Source of the DNA: Callorhinchus milii
Lineage: Eukaryota
Direction: 5' to 3'
NCBI RefSeq assembly: GCF_018977255.1
Contig: NW_024704742.1
Location: 82,958,001 to 83,022,000 of the forward strand
Length of the DNA stretch: 64,000 bases
The stretch's first letter is position 1, and every line of letters begins with the position of its first letter. The notes beneath the pieces are model-generated. The model searched no databases. It was given only the letters and a program-made list of their open reading frames with translations, and was not told the DNA's origin. This document shows, piece by piece, positions 12,963-25,908 of the stretch. The position numbers were made by a program, and so were the translations under genes.

Positions 12963-15900
12963 TACAAGAAACAATTTGTAAGAAATATTTTACATGATAT
13001 CCCACGTTGGGAAAATTGTGATATTCCTAAACACAGCCGTTCCTTAATTATTGTTGTTCCTGAATTAGGGATCGTTTTACGGACTGGACGGGAATTTCAA
13101 TTTAGTTAGTATTCCAGCAATAAAGGAAAGGAAAGCATGCAGGAGTGGTACGTTTTCCTTCTATTTAGGAATAACATTGATGCTCTACTCCACAAGTGGC
13201 TGAAGCAAGACTTTTAATCCCATCAGCTTCCTTGGATCTTTCAGGGCACGGCCCCTCGCAACAGCAACTTGCATTTATATAGAACCCTTCACACAGGATA
13301 GCGTCCCAGAAGTGCTTCACAGTGGCGGAGTCTTGACACTGAGTTAATATCCAGGGGGAGAGGGATTGCCCCTTGTAATTGAAACAAATCAGGGTTCCCT
13401 CGATCAGCGGGTACGAAGGTGTAGTGGGGTGCAACACGTGTCCCTGCTAACCCTTGGAGAGAGAGGAGAGCATTTCAAACAGATCCTGACTGGAGTTGAA
13501 CCAGGTGAAGTGTGACTGAAGTGAAGCCCGTTATGAGAATATGGCTTCAAGTGCAGAAGACAAAAAGAGCATTGTTCAATCCTGTTTATGTAGCATGTCT
13601 TTAGCTGCGATTTACATCTCCACACCCTCGCCCGCCCCCACAACAAGACCCCAACAACAGGAATTGGTAAATGGAAAGATTAAGAAAAGGTTTGGGTCAC
13701 TTGTCATGTGACTTTGGATAACCTGCAGGATCTGCTTGTTAGCAGGCTTCAGCCCTTTCTCACGTTGATGGGTGGCAGTGTGCACCGATCCGTGCCCGAC
13801 CGTTCCCTCACACTCTGCCAGATCAAGTGCTGAAGATGTCAGGGAGGGTTATGAATAGCTCGCAGTACCCCTCCCATCAGCACTCCTGATGCTAATAAGC
13901 GTGTGGGAGGTATTCTCTGATGCAGCCAGCCCAATGCATGAGGTTCACGGCCGGGTCAGGGCACCTCACAGATTGTTTCATCAAAGATAATCTGAGAGCC
14001 TCGTGCACAGTAGTGAATGAGAAAAGTCACACAAGGGCTATGCTGGGGTGCAGGGCATCTGAGCATCAATGCAGCACACTGTGTAGTGACGGCATGGCGC
14101 AGCACATAGTGCTGAAGGAATAATTTATTATCATTAATAATAAAAACATTAACACCAATAATTATTAATAATAATAACAGTAATTAACCATAATTCTTAC
14201 ACTCAGTATAGTGCCTTTAGCATCAGGAGGACATCTCAAACTACTTCACAAGATATACTGTAAAATGGAGTGACTATTTTGTAGACAAATGTCTCACAAA
14301 CAGCTATAAAGTTAATGAGTAATTTAATCTTGCGGATTGTTATCCAGCATATTGGGGATAAACTCCCTTCTCTTTTTGAGTAGTGCCGTGGGATCTTTTA
14401 ACATCAATTTGAACAGGCAGACAGGATATTGGGATTTGAACCTATGACCCTCTGGTCTGTACGGCCAAATACTATGTCTTTGTGCTTTCACCCACCACCT
14501 GCGCTTTCAGCAGATGTATTTGTTTAACTGTGTAAAAGGTTAATTTCAGACCAGGGATAAGAATTCATATTTTTTCAGGTTCTGGCTGGTTGTTGGTATC
14601 GAGACTGATCGAGATGAACAAAGAGCTGGCCCTATTGAGCTTATTTATTTTTGCTGTCTTGATACGTGTGGCTGAGACCGGCACCTCTTAAATCGTACTG
14701 CAAATAAATAGGAGGAATAGCTGCTGTTAGCATTATCACTGCAGATGTAGTTTTAGCAGAATTATCAACACCAGCAGCATGATAGCAGCATGTGATGTCT
14801 CCTCCATATTGTTGAATAGATTCTTCATGCCGAAGCTGTCGTCATTCCTCCATTGCTCTTTGCAGTAAGTTGACTGGCTATTGATCCATCAGCAAAGCCG
14901 AATAAGGTTGTTTTTTCACTATCAGCGCTCCTTCTGCTGATAAGTGGATGGTAGTTATTTTCTGCTGTAATCCAACAGATGAAGTTCAGGCTCGGTCAGA
15001 GAAATGGGACTTCTGTTTACAATTGACTTCTCTCTCTTGCTCGCTCTCTATCTCTCTCTCGGGAAGGGATTGTGCTGTGTCACCTCACACTCCATCAGTC
15101 TTTGAGGGAAAGCCCCAATTTAAAACTGCTGACTTTCCGACTCAAAGTAAAGGTCAATACATAATACATAAAACAGTCAGCCCGCTTGCAATGTCAAACA
15201 AACTAAATGAGCGACTGCAAGCTTCAGGCTTGAAGCTGAAAGAATCACTCTAGGTTACAAATATAAATCCACCACAATTTAAGCAGAAGCATTTCTTCTG
15301 CTCGGTCTTACAGTTTCTTTTCATTGCTTTGCTAATTCAATCACAGTTCTTTTCCCTTTCCCAAGTTGATGTGATGCAGATGAGCAAGACACATGTGAAA
15401 GGCATCTCAATCAATCTAAATTTTCTCCAGGTGTCCATGCAAATGGACCAGCCAATTGGAACTAATGTGGTCTGTTTGAAGCTTCCATCACGACTATGCT
15501 ACTGTACAGCATTGTGGCTATTTAAATTGGGTTTCCATCGAGATATTCATTTGAGGATTGAAATTTCTTGAGGTCTTGGCCTTAAGATCGTTGTCTTAAA
15601 CCGCGAGATCCTGCCACAATGTTTGCAATGTTTCAAAGTGAAGTCTCAACCTGGAAGCCGGTTTGCCACAGCAATGAAAAACAGCTTCCAAATTCAGACT
15701 GAATTTAAACACTTTCAAAATTCTATACACTTTAAAAAATTGTACACTGTTAAAGCAATGGCGATGGTTTTAAGACTAAGACTATGGGCTGATTTGGAGC
15801 CTCAATAATCCTAGCATTTCATATAGTGCCTTATCCCATCATCGAGACATCTCAAAGTACTTCACTCTAAAGTGTAGTGACTGTGTATTTTACAGGTATA

Positions 15901-15969
15901 AGGTGAGCGTGACAGCAAACAACCATAAAACAGCCAGCTACAAATGTATGCATGTGACATATCCTAAAT

Positions 15970-16155
15970 TGTCTGTATACTATATACTAAATAATATACT
16001 AGGTATATTGTATGCTGTCTATATTGTGTGTGCTGTCTCCACTGTATGGATGTTGTATGCTGTCTGTACATATTACTATATGCTGCCCACACTGTATGCA
16101 TGTTGAATGCAGCTGATACTGTATGGATAGTGACAATACTGGATACAGCATGCTG
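15970..16155 (+). repeat. Degenerate low-complexity minisatellite (tgtatgctgtct-like units)
   Basis: Recurrent ttgtatgctgtct and actgtatg words. Confidence 0.55.
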
Positions 16156-16393
16156 GGATTATGATTTGTAGGATAGCTTACCTTTCATCCATTTATAGTT
16201 TCATCTCTGTGAAGCTGCAGCTGATTTGGATGTGTGTCAGTTTACTGAGATTGCATTTAAAAGCACTTTAATGTGAAGGAGTTTATAGCTGCCCTGTTGG
16301 TGGAAACAGCCACTGTTATTCAGTTATTCAGATCAGAAAGCTACGAATCTTGGTCGGTGCTATCTTTGCTCATCTTTAACATGTAGCAGTTGG

Positions 16394-16663
16394 AGTTGGG
16401 CGAAATGTTAGGCAAGTTTCCTTACTCCACATGCCTCTGATTATCTAGTATTAAGTAGGAACAGTGTTGTTAGTTAATTGGCGGATTGCTTTCCTGGGGT
16501 AACAATCCCCTAAAAAAAAATAGTTTGGCTACTCAATCCACAACTGTTTGGCTGCCGTGTTTCGCCCACAAAATATATACTTTACAGTATATTCTGTGAA
16601 GCTCTTTGAGACATCTCGATAACGTCATAAGGTACTATATCAAATGCAAGGATTATTATTATT
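16394..16663 (+). mobile_element. 5'-truncated longer variant of the tRNA(Ala) SINE
   Basis: Starts gggcgaaatgttaggcaagtttccttactccac, has an extra ~65-nt segment, then the shared body and (tta)n tail. Confidence 0.8.
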
Positions 16664-17452
16664 GTAGTGGGATATGAATGTGTATGCGTGGACATTGTGT
16701 GAAGATAGTATCAGATTCAGCGACGATACCCCTCATGGTTGAGCAGTTTGCCGACATTCACTGTCTGAGCACACACAATTGGGCGAGAAGAGTGGAGAGT
16801 GAGTATGAGCCCTGTGGGATCGTACCCCAGTTGAAGGAAGGAGTTAAAACAACTATAGGAGATAAAGTGCAGAGAGGAGAAAATTGAAGGAGATAAAGCA
16901 GCGAAGGTGTTCTGGGTTTGTGTGGTTCAGCACTTCGTCTGGATCAGCTCTTAATACAGGACTTTGTTCATTCCTCCTCGTCACTCTCCTGCTTGTTGTC
17001 CTTGACTCAGAGAGGGCATTCACACTGAGCCTAAAGCTGCTTTTATACATCTGGAATGTATGAAAGTGGAGCGTGGTTTATACTTCCTGTAGTACATTAT
17101 GTGGAATATGGTCCCGAAAGAAACTAAATACTGAATCTGGGCTTCCCGCTGCAGGCGCTTACAAGAACTGGCTAAAGTGTAATTGGTGCAGTCTTTTAAG
17201 TTTTGTTTGGTACTGCAAGTTTGCAGGCAATTTGTTGTCAAACGTGCAATGGGAACACAGCATAAACCACGTATTTGTTTACATGTGGGAAGGCATTGAC
17301 AACCAATGCCCCATTTCTTCAGCGTGTAATCTATTGGTTTGGTGCTGCTTTGCGTGAATCCGATCAATACAAGGTTACATTACCCAGCAACTGAGCTAGA
17401 GCTGCTTGAAACAATGTGACTTACTTACGTTCCTTTCTCTTTGTTTTCCCAG

Positions 17453-17598
17453 CACCACCAAAGTTTACAAGAACTCCCATTGATCAGACCGGAGTCTCAG
17501 GAGGGGTTGCGTCATTCATCTGCCAAACCACAGGAGACCCCAGGCCCAAAATTGTATGGTCTAAAAAGGGAAAGAAAGTCAGCTCTCAGCGATTTGAG
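17453..17598 (+). CDS. PTPRD: Internal coding exon, N-terminal half of Ig1 domain of receptor-type tyrosine-protein phosphatase delta (LAR family)
   Basis: Polypyrimidine tract and AG at 17451-17452, GT donor at 17599. Phase 1 to phase 0, 146 nt. Translates (x)[48 protein letters not shown], close to recalled human [54 protein letters not shown] and less like PTPRF/PTPRS. Confidence 0.95.
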
Positions 17599-19129
17599 GT
17601 ACTGAAATCCATCGTCTCAGTAGCAGTCAAATGCTTTTGTGAAGTTCTCACCATAAATCTCTCACTTGCATACTTTTGTTTCTTCACCAAGAGGCTCTAC
17701 GCTTGAAAGTGTTAAACACGCTTGAGTTATCGATGTAGAAGCGGGCTATTCATTACAACCAGGACTTCTAATCATTCAACCCATTTACGTCAAATTGGTA
17801 GTTTTTGAAACTTAAGTTTAATCCATAAGTATATTTCTGTTGAATTATTGGCTTCTTTTGAGTTGACACCTAATTCCGAAATGTTCCTGAGGGAACATGA
17901 AATTTAGCGATGTGATGAATTCAGTGAGGAACAAGAAAATCTCAGGTTAACACTTGTCAAAACATAATAATAATCCTCACTTTTAATATGGAGTTTTTCA
18001 TGTCGGGGGGATGTGTCAAAGCACCTCAGAGGATTTACTGTAAATTGTAGTGACGTGTGTATTTTGTAGGTAAAAGCAGCAGCTGATTTGCACAAGGCAA
18101 TGTCCCACAATCAACCATGAAACAGCCAGCTTCAGGTGGCTGCTGTCAGTTCTGTGACTTCAGAGAATGTAAAACAGATCCAGCTCAAATTGGTAACTTA
18201 TCCTTCTCCCTCCTGTCTATATAGCTGAGTCGACTTGGATCAAGTAAGGCAATGATTTTAGCAACGGGTTGTTTGATGCACGTTTGCTCAAATCGTTGCT
18301 TTACTTAATACAAGCCAACACGCATTTGGCATCCAAGTATTTAAATAAGCTGACACTTTTGCTGGAATGAGTTTAATGATAGAACCTTGGAACTGATCGA
18401 AGTCACCTGACCCCAGGAAAGCACTAAATAATCCTATCCACACCAGTGTTTGAGATCTAGAAAAAATAAAATTCACTCACCTACCAACGTCAGTACATTT
18501 ACAAAATTTACTGAAATGCTCTGGGATGCTATCGTGCATGAGGGGCGCTATATAAATTCAAGTTGTTGTATCATTCCCTTGCACACTGTGTTTACCACCG
18601 CTGATCACGATCTACCCCTCACCGTGAACAACCTGTGTTTCCTCTGTTGCATTTTGATAAACATAAAAATATTCTAACTGGGGATGAATGGAACTGAAGT
18701 ATTACAAGGTTCAACGTACCGTTTGAAACAAAAAAAGTGATTCATTTTTCTTATTTTTAGAAAAAAAGAGCCTTTGACAGTTTTCTTGTGATCGGGGATA
18801 TAAATATAGATATTTGTTGCAACAAAGAAGGCTTGCCCAGATCCCATCTCCATCTCTGCACATTCTGCAGTCTTCACTAATGGGTATGATTTAGAACAGT
18901 GGTGGCCAACTTGTGTACCATGGACTGATAGGGAGGGGTCATTAAGAAGTGCCCCCACCCCCCCAGAACATTCGCACAAGTCTAGCTATACTCGTTGCTG
19001 AAAGAGTGATGACTCATTTTGTGCACCAAGGGAGCTGGATGGCTCTCTACGCACATCACGGTGATATAACATGGTTTTCAAGTTCTGCATTAGAAAGGGG
19101 ATTCCACTATATGTACTGGCCGCCCGACC

Positions 19130-19475
19130 AGCACTGAGCTCAGAGACTCGGATGACGCTCAAGTGCAGTAGAGGGGGAGGGAGGTGGGGGAGCACTGCAT
19201 TATCTGAGGTATCATCTTTCGGAAGTACATTAAACAGAGAGCCTGTCTGCCATTCAGAAAGACATTACACATCCCCTGAGACTATTTGAAAAGGCCAAAG
19301 GCCAACAATCCTCCAAATTAATTTATATTCTTTACCGCCTGACTGTTGGTGGGACTTTGGTGAGGTAACTGTCTGCATATTTGCTTGAAAAAACAGTCAC
19401 TACACCTGACAAACTACTTGTGAATCATTTGTAGACTTTTTGCGACAATTTGCTGTGAAAACACAAGTTCTTTCT
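19130..19475 (+). mobile_element. Deu-domain SINE (degenerate, headless)
   Basis: gagcactgcattatctgaggtatcatctttcggaag..cattaaacagagagcctgtctgcc core plus a decayed tail. Confidence 0.6.
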
Positions 19476-20449
19476 TGACTGGGCATTTCTGCAGATGAAA
19501 GTACATTGCCTTAAAATATAATATTGCACAGAAGTTTGGAAATATTTATTTGAAAGTTGGTTTTCACTGCACAAAACCGATCTGCAAGGGAAGATTTAAG
19601 ACTTAAGGTTATGAGGAGGAGGAATTTCAGTCCTCAGGTCTGTTCCGAGCTGATCGATCTGGTTTTCCTGACTCAACAGAGATTCTCTGAGATGATCATG
19701 CTTTCAGTCATCCTCCCATCTCTACAACCCTTACTTTCAACCACGCTTGACTTCAACTCCCAGCTCAGGTGCAAGCCCTTCACTGTCCAGCACCTGATGG
19801 GAGAGGCACTAATACTATTTTGTTGTTATTGTTTAGATGGGACCAGATTTTCTCCCAACCATTGGGGTGGCCTGGGAATGAACAAGGCAGGACTCGAGTA
19901 ATATAGAAAAGTGAAATGATTATTGTACAGTGAGGTTTTTTTTATTCCTCGAGCGGAGGACTTTGAACAAAAAACCCAAGCTTTAGATTTTTACTATCTC
20001 TGGTTACTGTCAATCAACTGGCCTTAGGTCTAGCCGGAGGAATGAACATAGCCTGTCGCATTCGTGGTAACAGCCTTACCTATTTCACACGAGGATAGAA
20101 CGGTGTTTAGACCCCTCTGTCTTCTGTCCTCAATATGATTCACAGTCAGCATTGAAATTCAGTCTCAACCACAGCATCATTATTCTGTCATTCTACCCAG
20201 CTTCACATACATCTGAAGCACAGTGTACGATGTGAGTGTTACAAAGACCATTGTGTCTATTCTGTAGAGAGAACAAAGATTGCCAGAACATACAGTCAGT
20301 TGTTGGTGTTCTTTGATCCAAAACTTTGGGTGAACATGTCATGAAGTAGAGAAGACTTTAGTGGTCAGACCTGTACAGGAGAGTGGTGGGGTGAAAGAGC
20401 TTTCAAGATTTTGTTAGATTTTTATCACCTTGAAATTTCTCGAAGCAAC

Positions 20450-20725
20450 TGCTGTGAAGTGTAGTAACTGTGTTACATTAAATAGCGTATCAAGACAGCC
20501 ATTTGGAAGGTCCAACAAACAGCCATAAGTTGAATGATCGAACAATCTGGAGCATTATTGGCCTGGACACCGGGAGAAACTCTCTTCTCTTTTCAAATAA
20601 TACTACAGGAGCCTCCCGAACAGGCAAATAAGACCTTGGTTTATTTTTTTAGCTGAAAGACGGCATCTTCGACTACGCAGCCCTCTCCCCAGCAGTGCAT
20701 TGGAGGGCCAGCCTAGACTGAGCTC
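20450..20725 (-). mobile_element. Deu-domain SINE (degenerate)
   Basis: ggacaccgggagaaactc, gaaagacggcatcttcgac and cagtgcattggagggccagcctaga blocks. Confidence 0.65.
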
Positions 20726-21176
20726 AAAGAGCTGATGTGGTAAGGAGAAGATGTGTATTGACAAGCCTGGTTCAGGCTTACAAGCTCGGCTGACGTTTGT
20801 AAGGCAAGCTCATAGAGCAAATGCACACATTCACAAGCCTTTCATTTGGAAGCGGCTACAAATAAAGCTATGAAATTTGACCGAGTGAGGTTGTCATTCT
20901 CAAATAAGCCGACCTTCCTTTCACAAGGCTTTGTAAGAGTTACTAGTGATATGGGAAACCCAGTAAATGAAGAAAGGTGAGTGACTCATCCTCTACATTT
21001 GTATTCTGGGCTCAGGTTACACACTCACTACTCCAATAGAAATTTACAACTCTTTATGGGTCTCACGCTTTGGGTTTAGTGCTGGTCTCTTTGAACCATG
21101 ATAAAGATTGAGAACATGAAATTTATAGTTTGTTTTGTGGTGCTGTTACGAGCCTGTGCTTGTTGCTTTACAGACA

Positions 21177-23500
21177 CAACAACAACAACAACAAAATTAC
21201 ATTTGTTTAGCGCCTTTCACATTGGGAGGAGATCCCAAGGCACTGGACAGTCAGAGTTTCGGACCTGAGCTGGGGGTTGTGATTGGGGAGGGTGGAAGCC
21301 GGAGGGGAAGCAGGGTGATCGAAAGCACAGTTGAAGAGGAGGGTCTTGAGATGGGTCTTGAAGGAGGCAAGGGAGGAAGTGAGGTGGAGGGACTGCGGGA
21401 TGGAGTTCCAGAAGGTGGGGGCAGCATGTCAGAAGGCCTGCCTGCCAATAGTGGGGCTGGTGAGGCAGGGGATGTGAAGTAGGCTGGAGCCCGCCTATGG
21501 AGGAGTTGGGAAGGCCGACAAGCAGGGAGTTTGCATAGTCAAGCCTTGATGTAATGAAAGCGTGTATGAGGGTTTCGGCGGCCTGCAGTGTGAGACAGTG
21601 GCGGAGCCGGGCGATGATGTCTGACAGACATTCTATCAGGACATCAGTGGTCCTGGAGTCAAGGGTGGAGGAAGAGAGGTATAATGGGATGTCATCTGTA
21701 TACATGTGCAAATTGACCCCATGTCTATGGATGATATCACCAAGAGGGAGCACATAGATATTGAAGAGGAGGGGACCAAGGACAAAGCCATGAGGAATGC
21801 CCTATGAGACAGTACAGGGGCTAGAGGAGAAACCATTTGAGGAGATGAAGTGGAGACGGTGTGAGAGGTACAATTTGAACCAATCAAGGACAGTGCGGTG
21901 GAGGTTGAGGTGAGAGGAGGGGTGGTGGTTGGGGATAGAGTGGTCGACAGTGTCGAAGGCAGCAGAGAGGTTGAGAAGGACGAGGAGGCAGAGTGAGCCC
22001 TGGTCGAAGATTGTCAGAATGTCATTTGTCACTTTAGCAAGGGCTGTTTCTGTGCTGTGGGCGGAAACCCCATTATTGGAGCGGTTCATGAAGCGAGTGG
22101 CGGGAGAGAAAGGAGTGAAGCTGAGAAGCAACAACTCATTCCAGGACCTTGGAGAGGAAAGAAAGGTTGGAGATTGGGTGTTAGTTTGAGAGTAGAGACA
22201 GGTCCAGGGAGGATTTTTTAAGAATAGGAGTGATGACGGCCGTTTTTAATGGGGTGGTAACAGTACCAGTGGACAGGGAGAGGTTTATGATGTCTGCGAG
22301 TAGAGGGGCAAGGAGGTGGAGCTGTGAGGTAAGGAGAGGAGTAGGGATGGGACCGAGGGAGCGGGTGGTCAGTTTCATGCAGGTTATAGTGGTGGTGAGA
22401 GGAGTTGGAGACAGGTTCAAAGGCGTGGAGGGAGGGATGGGTTAGGGCCGGGGTGAAGAAGTTGATGGGGAGGGTGTAGCAGACGGAATGGCAGAGGCAG
22501 CTGAGCGGATCCCCTCGACTTTGGATTCGAGGAAGTCCAGCATTGCCTCACAGTTAGCATTTGAGGTGAGGATGGGCAAGGCATGAGAGGGTGGGCAAAG
22601 GAGCCGGTTGGTGATGGAGAAGTGGAGCCTGGGGTTGTCCTTGGCCTCCAAGATTGTCTTGGAGTAGAAAGACGATTTAGCGGAGGTCCTGGGTAAGATA
22701 TGGTCCAGCCAGATATGCCGATGGACCATTAAGTTTGATTTAAGCCAGGTGCATTTAGGACCTGAGCTTTAATGGAGTGAAGGTTGCTGGTCTACCATGG
22801 TGACTTACGTGAATCGGAGACGGTTCAGGAAGAGAGGGGAGCAAGGGAATCGAGAGTGGAGGAGAGGGAGCTGTGGAGAAGAATGACAGAGGAGGATAGG
22901 TCATTGCGGGGGAGGCCTAGAGGGGAAGGAGTTCAGCTAACTCCAAGGCAGCCGGGAGGGAGGGGGGGAGATTTTTTTCCAGGAGTGGTAGGAGATGGAG
23001 GTAGGTTAGGTGGTGGTGGGGAGAGGGATTGAAGAGTTAAGCGATGAAGTGATGGTCCAAGATTGCTTTGTCGATGATGGTGAGGTCTGAGACGGTGAGG
23101 CCCCAAGTGATCACCAGGTCAAGGGGATGTCCGCGGACAAGGGTGGTGGTGTGGATGTGGAGGGAGAGGTTGAGGGAGGATATGAGGGAGGAGAAGTCAG
23201 CAGAGTTAGAGCAGGAGGTGGTGAAGTGGAGGTTGAAGTCGCCCAGGATGAGGAGGCATTCGGAGCAGAGGAAGAGAGAAAATAAGAGGGTGGAGATGTC
23301 GTGGATGAAGGTGGGAGAGGGCTTGGGGGGTGGGGGTGCGATAGATAAGGAGAATTTTAAGGGAAAAGTTAGAGAGGTGATAAAGCATAAGGTGCTCAAA
23401 GGAGGAGAAGGTTCGAGAGGAATAAGGGGATAGGCCGAGCGGGGACCAGAAGATGAGAGTCACCACGGTGCTTAAGTCGGGGGGTGTGATGGAAGGTATG
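21177..23500 (-). mobile_element. Decayed, 5'-truncated L2-clade LINE (APE endonuclease and reverse transcriptase remnants, 3' tail)
   Basis: Minus-strand ORF fragments carry APE motifs (LLILGDFNLH, GHPLDLVITWGL, DHHFI) and RT motifs ([53 protein letters not shown]). Ends in a (TTG)n tail at ~21177-21193. Multiple frameshifts and deletions. Confidence 0.92.
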
Positions 23501-23744
23501 ACACAAGCTGTTACTATTTTGTACTTACGTTTTCTGCCAAAAAAAACAAATAAGAACACGATATTGGGGTACCTTGCAGTGTTCAGTAATAATTTCATGG
23601 CAGCATTGATGTTGAACACCCTGATGTTAAATCATTGTACATTTTTAAATTTTACTTCATTGCCATTACTGTTATATTTTAGAGTTTAGCTAAATTGATA
23701 CTTAGACTGTTGAGCGAGGCAGGAGAACCTTTTATTTCTATTTC

Positions 23745-23820
23745 TGACTGTAGCTCCTGTGTTACTAAGCTGTGCCTGTAGTTCCTTTGTTACTAAGCTG
23801 TGCCTGTAGTTCCTGTGTTA
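23745..23820 (+). repeat. Short tandem duplication (~29-nt unit, ~2.5 copies)
   Basis: tgttactaagctgtgcctgtagttcct is repeated directly. Confidence 0.8.
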
Positions 23821-24329
23821 GGAGCATCTGCTGGTACTATCTGTAGCACCAATACATGTACCAATGTTCTGTGTCTCTGAATGGAAAATGTATGAGGATG
23901 GTTGATGCAAGTGCATTTGTTGAAGATGTAAAATTTCCTAATGAAAGATTTCCCCTGCGGGATCTTCAGATTGTCTGATCCATTATGTCGGGAGGATATC
24001 TTCATTTGTAGGCTGAGGGATAGTGCTCTCAATTCAAAGCAATCAGCTCTTTCTCAGACTAACCACCCACTGCCAAACCACTTCACAGCCAGGAGGTTTT
24101 TGTTTGCAGCAACCAGCAGTGCCAACTTGGTGATAAAGTGGGTGACAAGGTCAATGCTTGGCTTTGAGATAAAGCTAATGCACCAGTGTGTTTCCAGTTT
24201 TCACTCACGCCAACATTAGGACATGGATGGGCTGTTTCCGTGTTGGTGAGTCTGAAACAAGAGGGCGTAAATATGAGGTAGCCAGTAGCTGATCTAATAG
24301 GAGGTTTTGGAGGGACTTCTCCACATAGT

Positions 24330-24515
24330 GATGGTGAGAATGTGGAACTCACTGCTGGAAGCTATGTTTGAAACAAATAGCATCAATGTTGTTAAGAGGA
24401 AACTTGATACAAGATGAGGGATAAAGGAATAGAGGAAGATAGGAGGGGTGGGGGCTCATGTGGAGTAAAAGCGCAAATTAGTGGGACTGAATAGCCTGTT
24501 TCTATGCCATGTAAT
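24330..24515 (+). mobile_element. Degenerate CR1-like 3' end
   Basis: gtggtgagaatgtggaactcactg-like start and terminal gggactgaatagcctgtttctatgc...aattctat. Confidence 0.55.
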
Positions 24516-25629
24516 TCTATCACTGGGGATCAGAGCAGACATAAGTTGGCACTTGCAAATAATTGGGGTTGGTTTGCTTGTGCTACTCTTTTCTTGAATT
24601 GAGATAGAGTCAAAGAGTGTTCTTATCTCCCAATATTCTTCACGTCCCATGTGCATCTTGGGAATTGTAACTTCCTCCTCATCTCTCTCCCCCCATCCAC
24701 TTTTGCATTTTGTAGGCAATGTGCTCTGCATTTTCACAGGCCTGTGGGAAGAAATTTCTTCCGATCTCACATCTGACCTCTGTCCCTTGTGTTGTACCCC
24801 GCTACCTAAAACATATAAACATATAAAATAAATATAACTCACCACAATTCCTGATGCTGGCAGTTACTGGAGAAGATTGTTGGATTAATGGATGTATTTC
24901 TCTGATGAGTGTACTTGTTTTAGGATGTTATTGTTCTTGCTCAGTTTGTTGCTGAACTCAAGACATGGATGAATTTGGTCCCAGGAACAAAATACCTCAT
25001 CCAGAGACTGCCCCCAGAAATCAGGGATGTATAGTCACCCTACTCGATCTAAATCTGTACCACTCTTGTATTCTGTAGAACACAATTGCATATAGGAACA
25101 ATTCAATACCCTCTATCAGGGGGACAAATTGCCCCTATTTACTGTGGTTTTCCAGAAGTGTTTCTACTGCCTGAAAAGGCAGCACAGTCCACACACAGCA
25201 TTACTGATTCAATCATTGTCACTGATCCTTAAACCTGTGCCAGAAGGTTTGCTTGATAATGCAGGGAGGGGCCCATCTACTCCCTTACCACCTGGGACTG
25301 ACAGGCTATTACAGCTTGCAGAACCAACCCTTAATAAAAGCCTGAGTATAAATATCACTGCTCATAAACAAGCTGCTACTTTTATAACAATCAAATTAAT
25401 TGTATTAATCCATTACACGTTTGAATCAATTGCTTACTAACCTACATATTGTCAGAGGTTTGCGATGAATTCAAATTTAATTTGACCTAGTGAGTGAAGC
25501 CACTGGGCGATGCAGTTCTAAGTCTTACAGACCAGGTTTAATAACCAGTCTGTGTCAAGTTAGGGCATCACAATCACAGCAGCGAAAGAGATGGGAAATT
25601 ACCTGGCATTCCCACTCCTGATTGCTATC

Positions 25630-25908
25630 GGAGTCCTGCAGCTCAGTGGTTAGAGCACTCGCTTTGCAAGCGAGACACCTGGGTTCAATTCCAGGCAGCG
25701 CGAAACCTTGGGCAAGTTTCCTACTCCACACACCTAATAATAATCCCTCCAAAACAAAAAAAATTGGTCATTTTCAATCCACGACTGGCTGCCACGTTTC
25801 GCCCACAAATATACGGTCAATTCACTTTACAGTCTATTCTGTGAAGCGCTTTGAAACATCGAGAAGTCGTGAAAAGCGCTATATCAAAAGCAAGGATTAT
25901 TATATTAT
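25630..25908 (+). mobile_element. tRNA(Ala)-derived SINE with a small internal deletion
   Basis: Same head (ggagtcctgcagctcagtggttagagcactcgctttgcaag) and tail as 33565-33893. Lacks the tttgtgggatattgctgtgcgcaat segment. Confidence 0.9.

Noticed and set aside
16959..17063. Hydrophobic frame GLCSFLLVTLLLVVLDSER resembling the PTPRD signal-peptide exon
   Set aside because: No in-frame ATG nearby and no GT donor at the required phase-1 position. Likely chance.
17416..17706. 96-aa ORF as a stand-alone gene
   Set aside because: Only 17453-17598 is exon. The flanking residues are translated polypyrimidine tract and intron.
18898..19136. hAT MITE with CAGTGGTGGCC...CAGCACTG ends
   Set aside because: Poor TIR match, no TSD, and the right end overlaps Deu SINE sequence.
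21135..23433. Several + strand ORFs of 70-120 aa
   Set aside because: They are antisense shadows of the L2 coding remnants.
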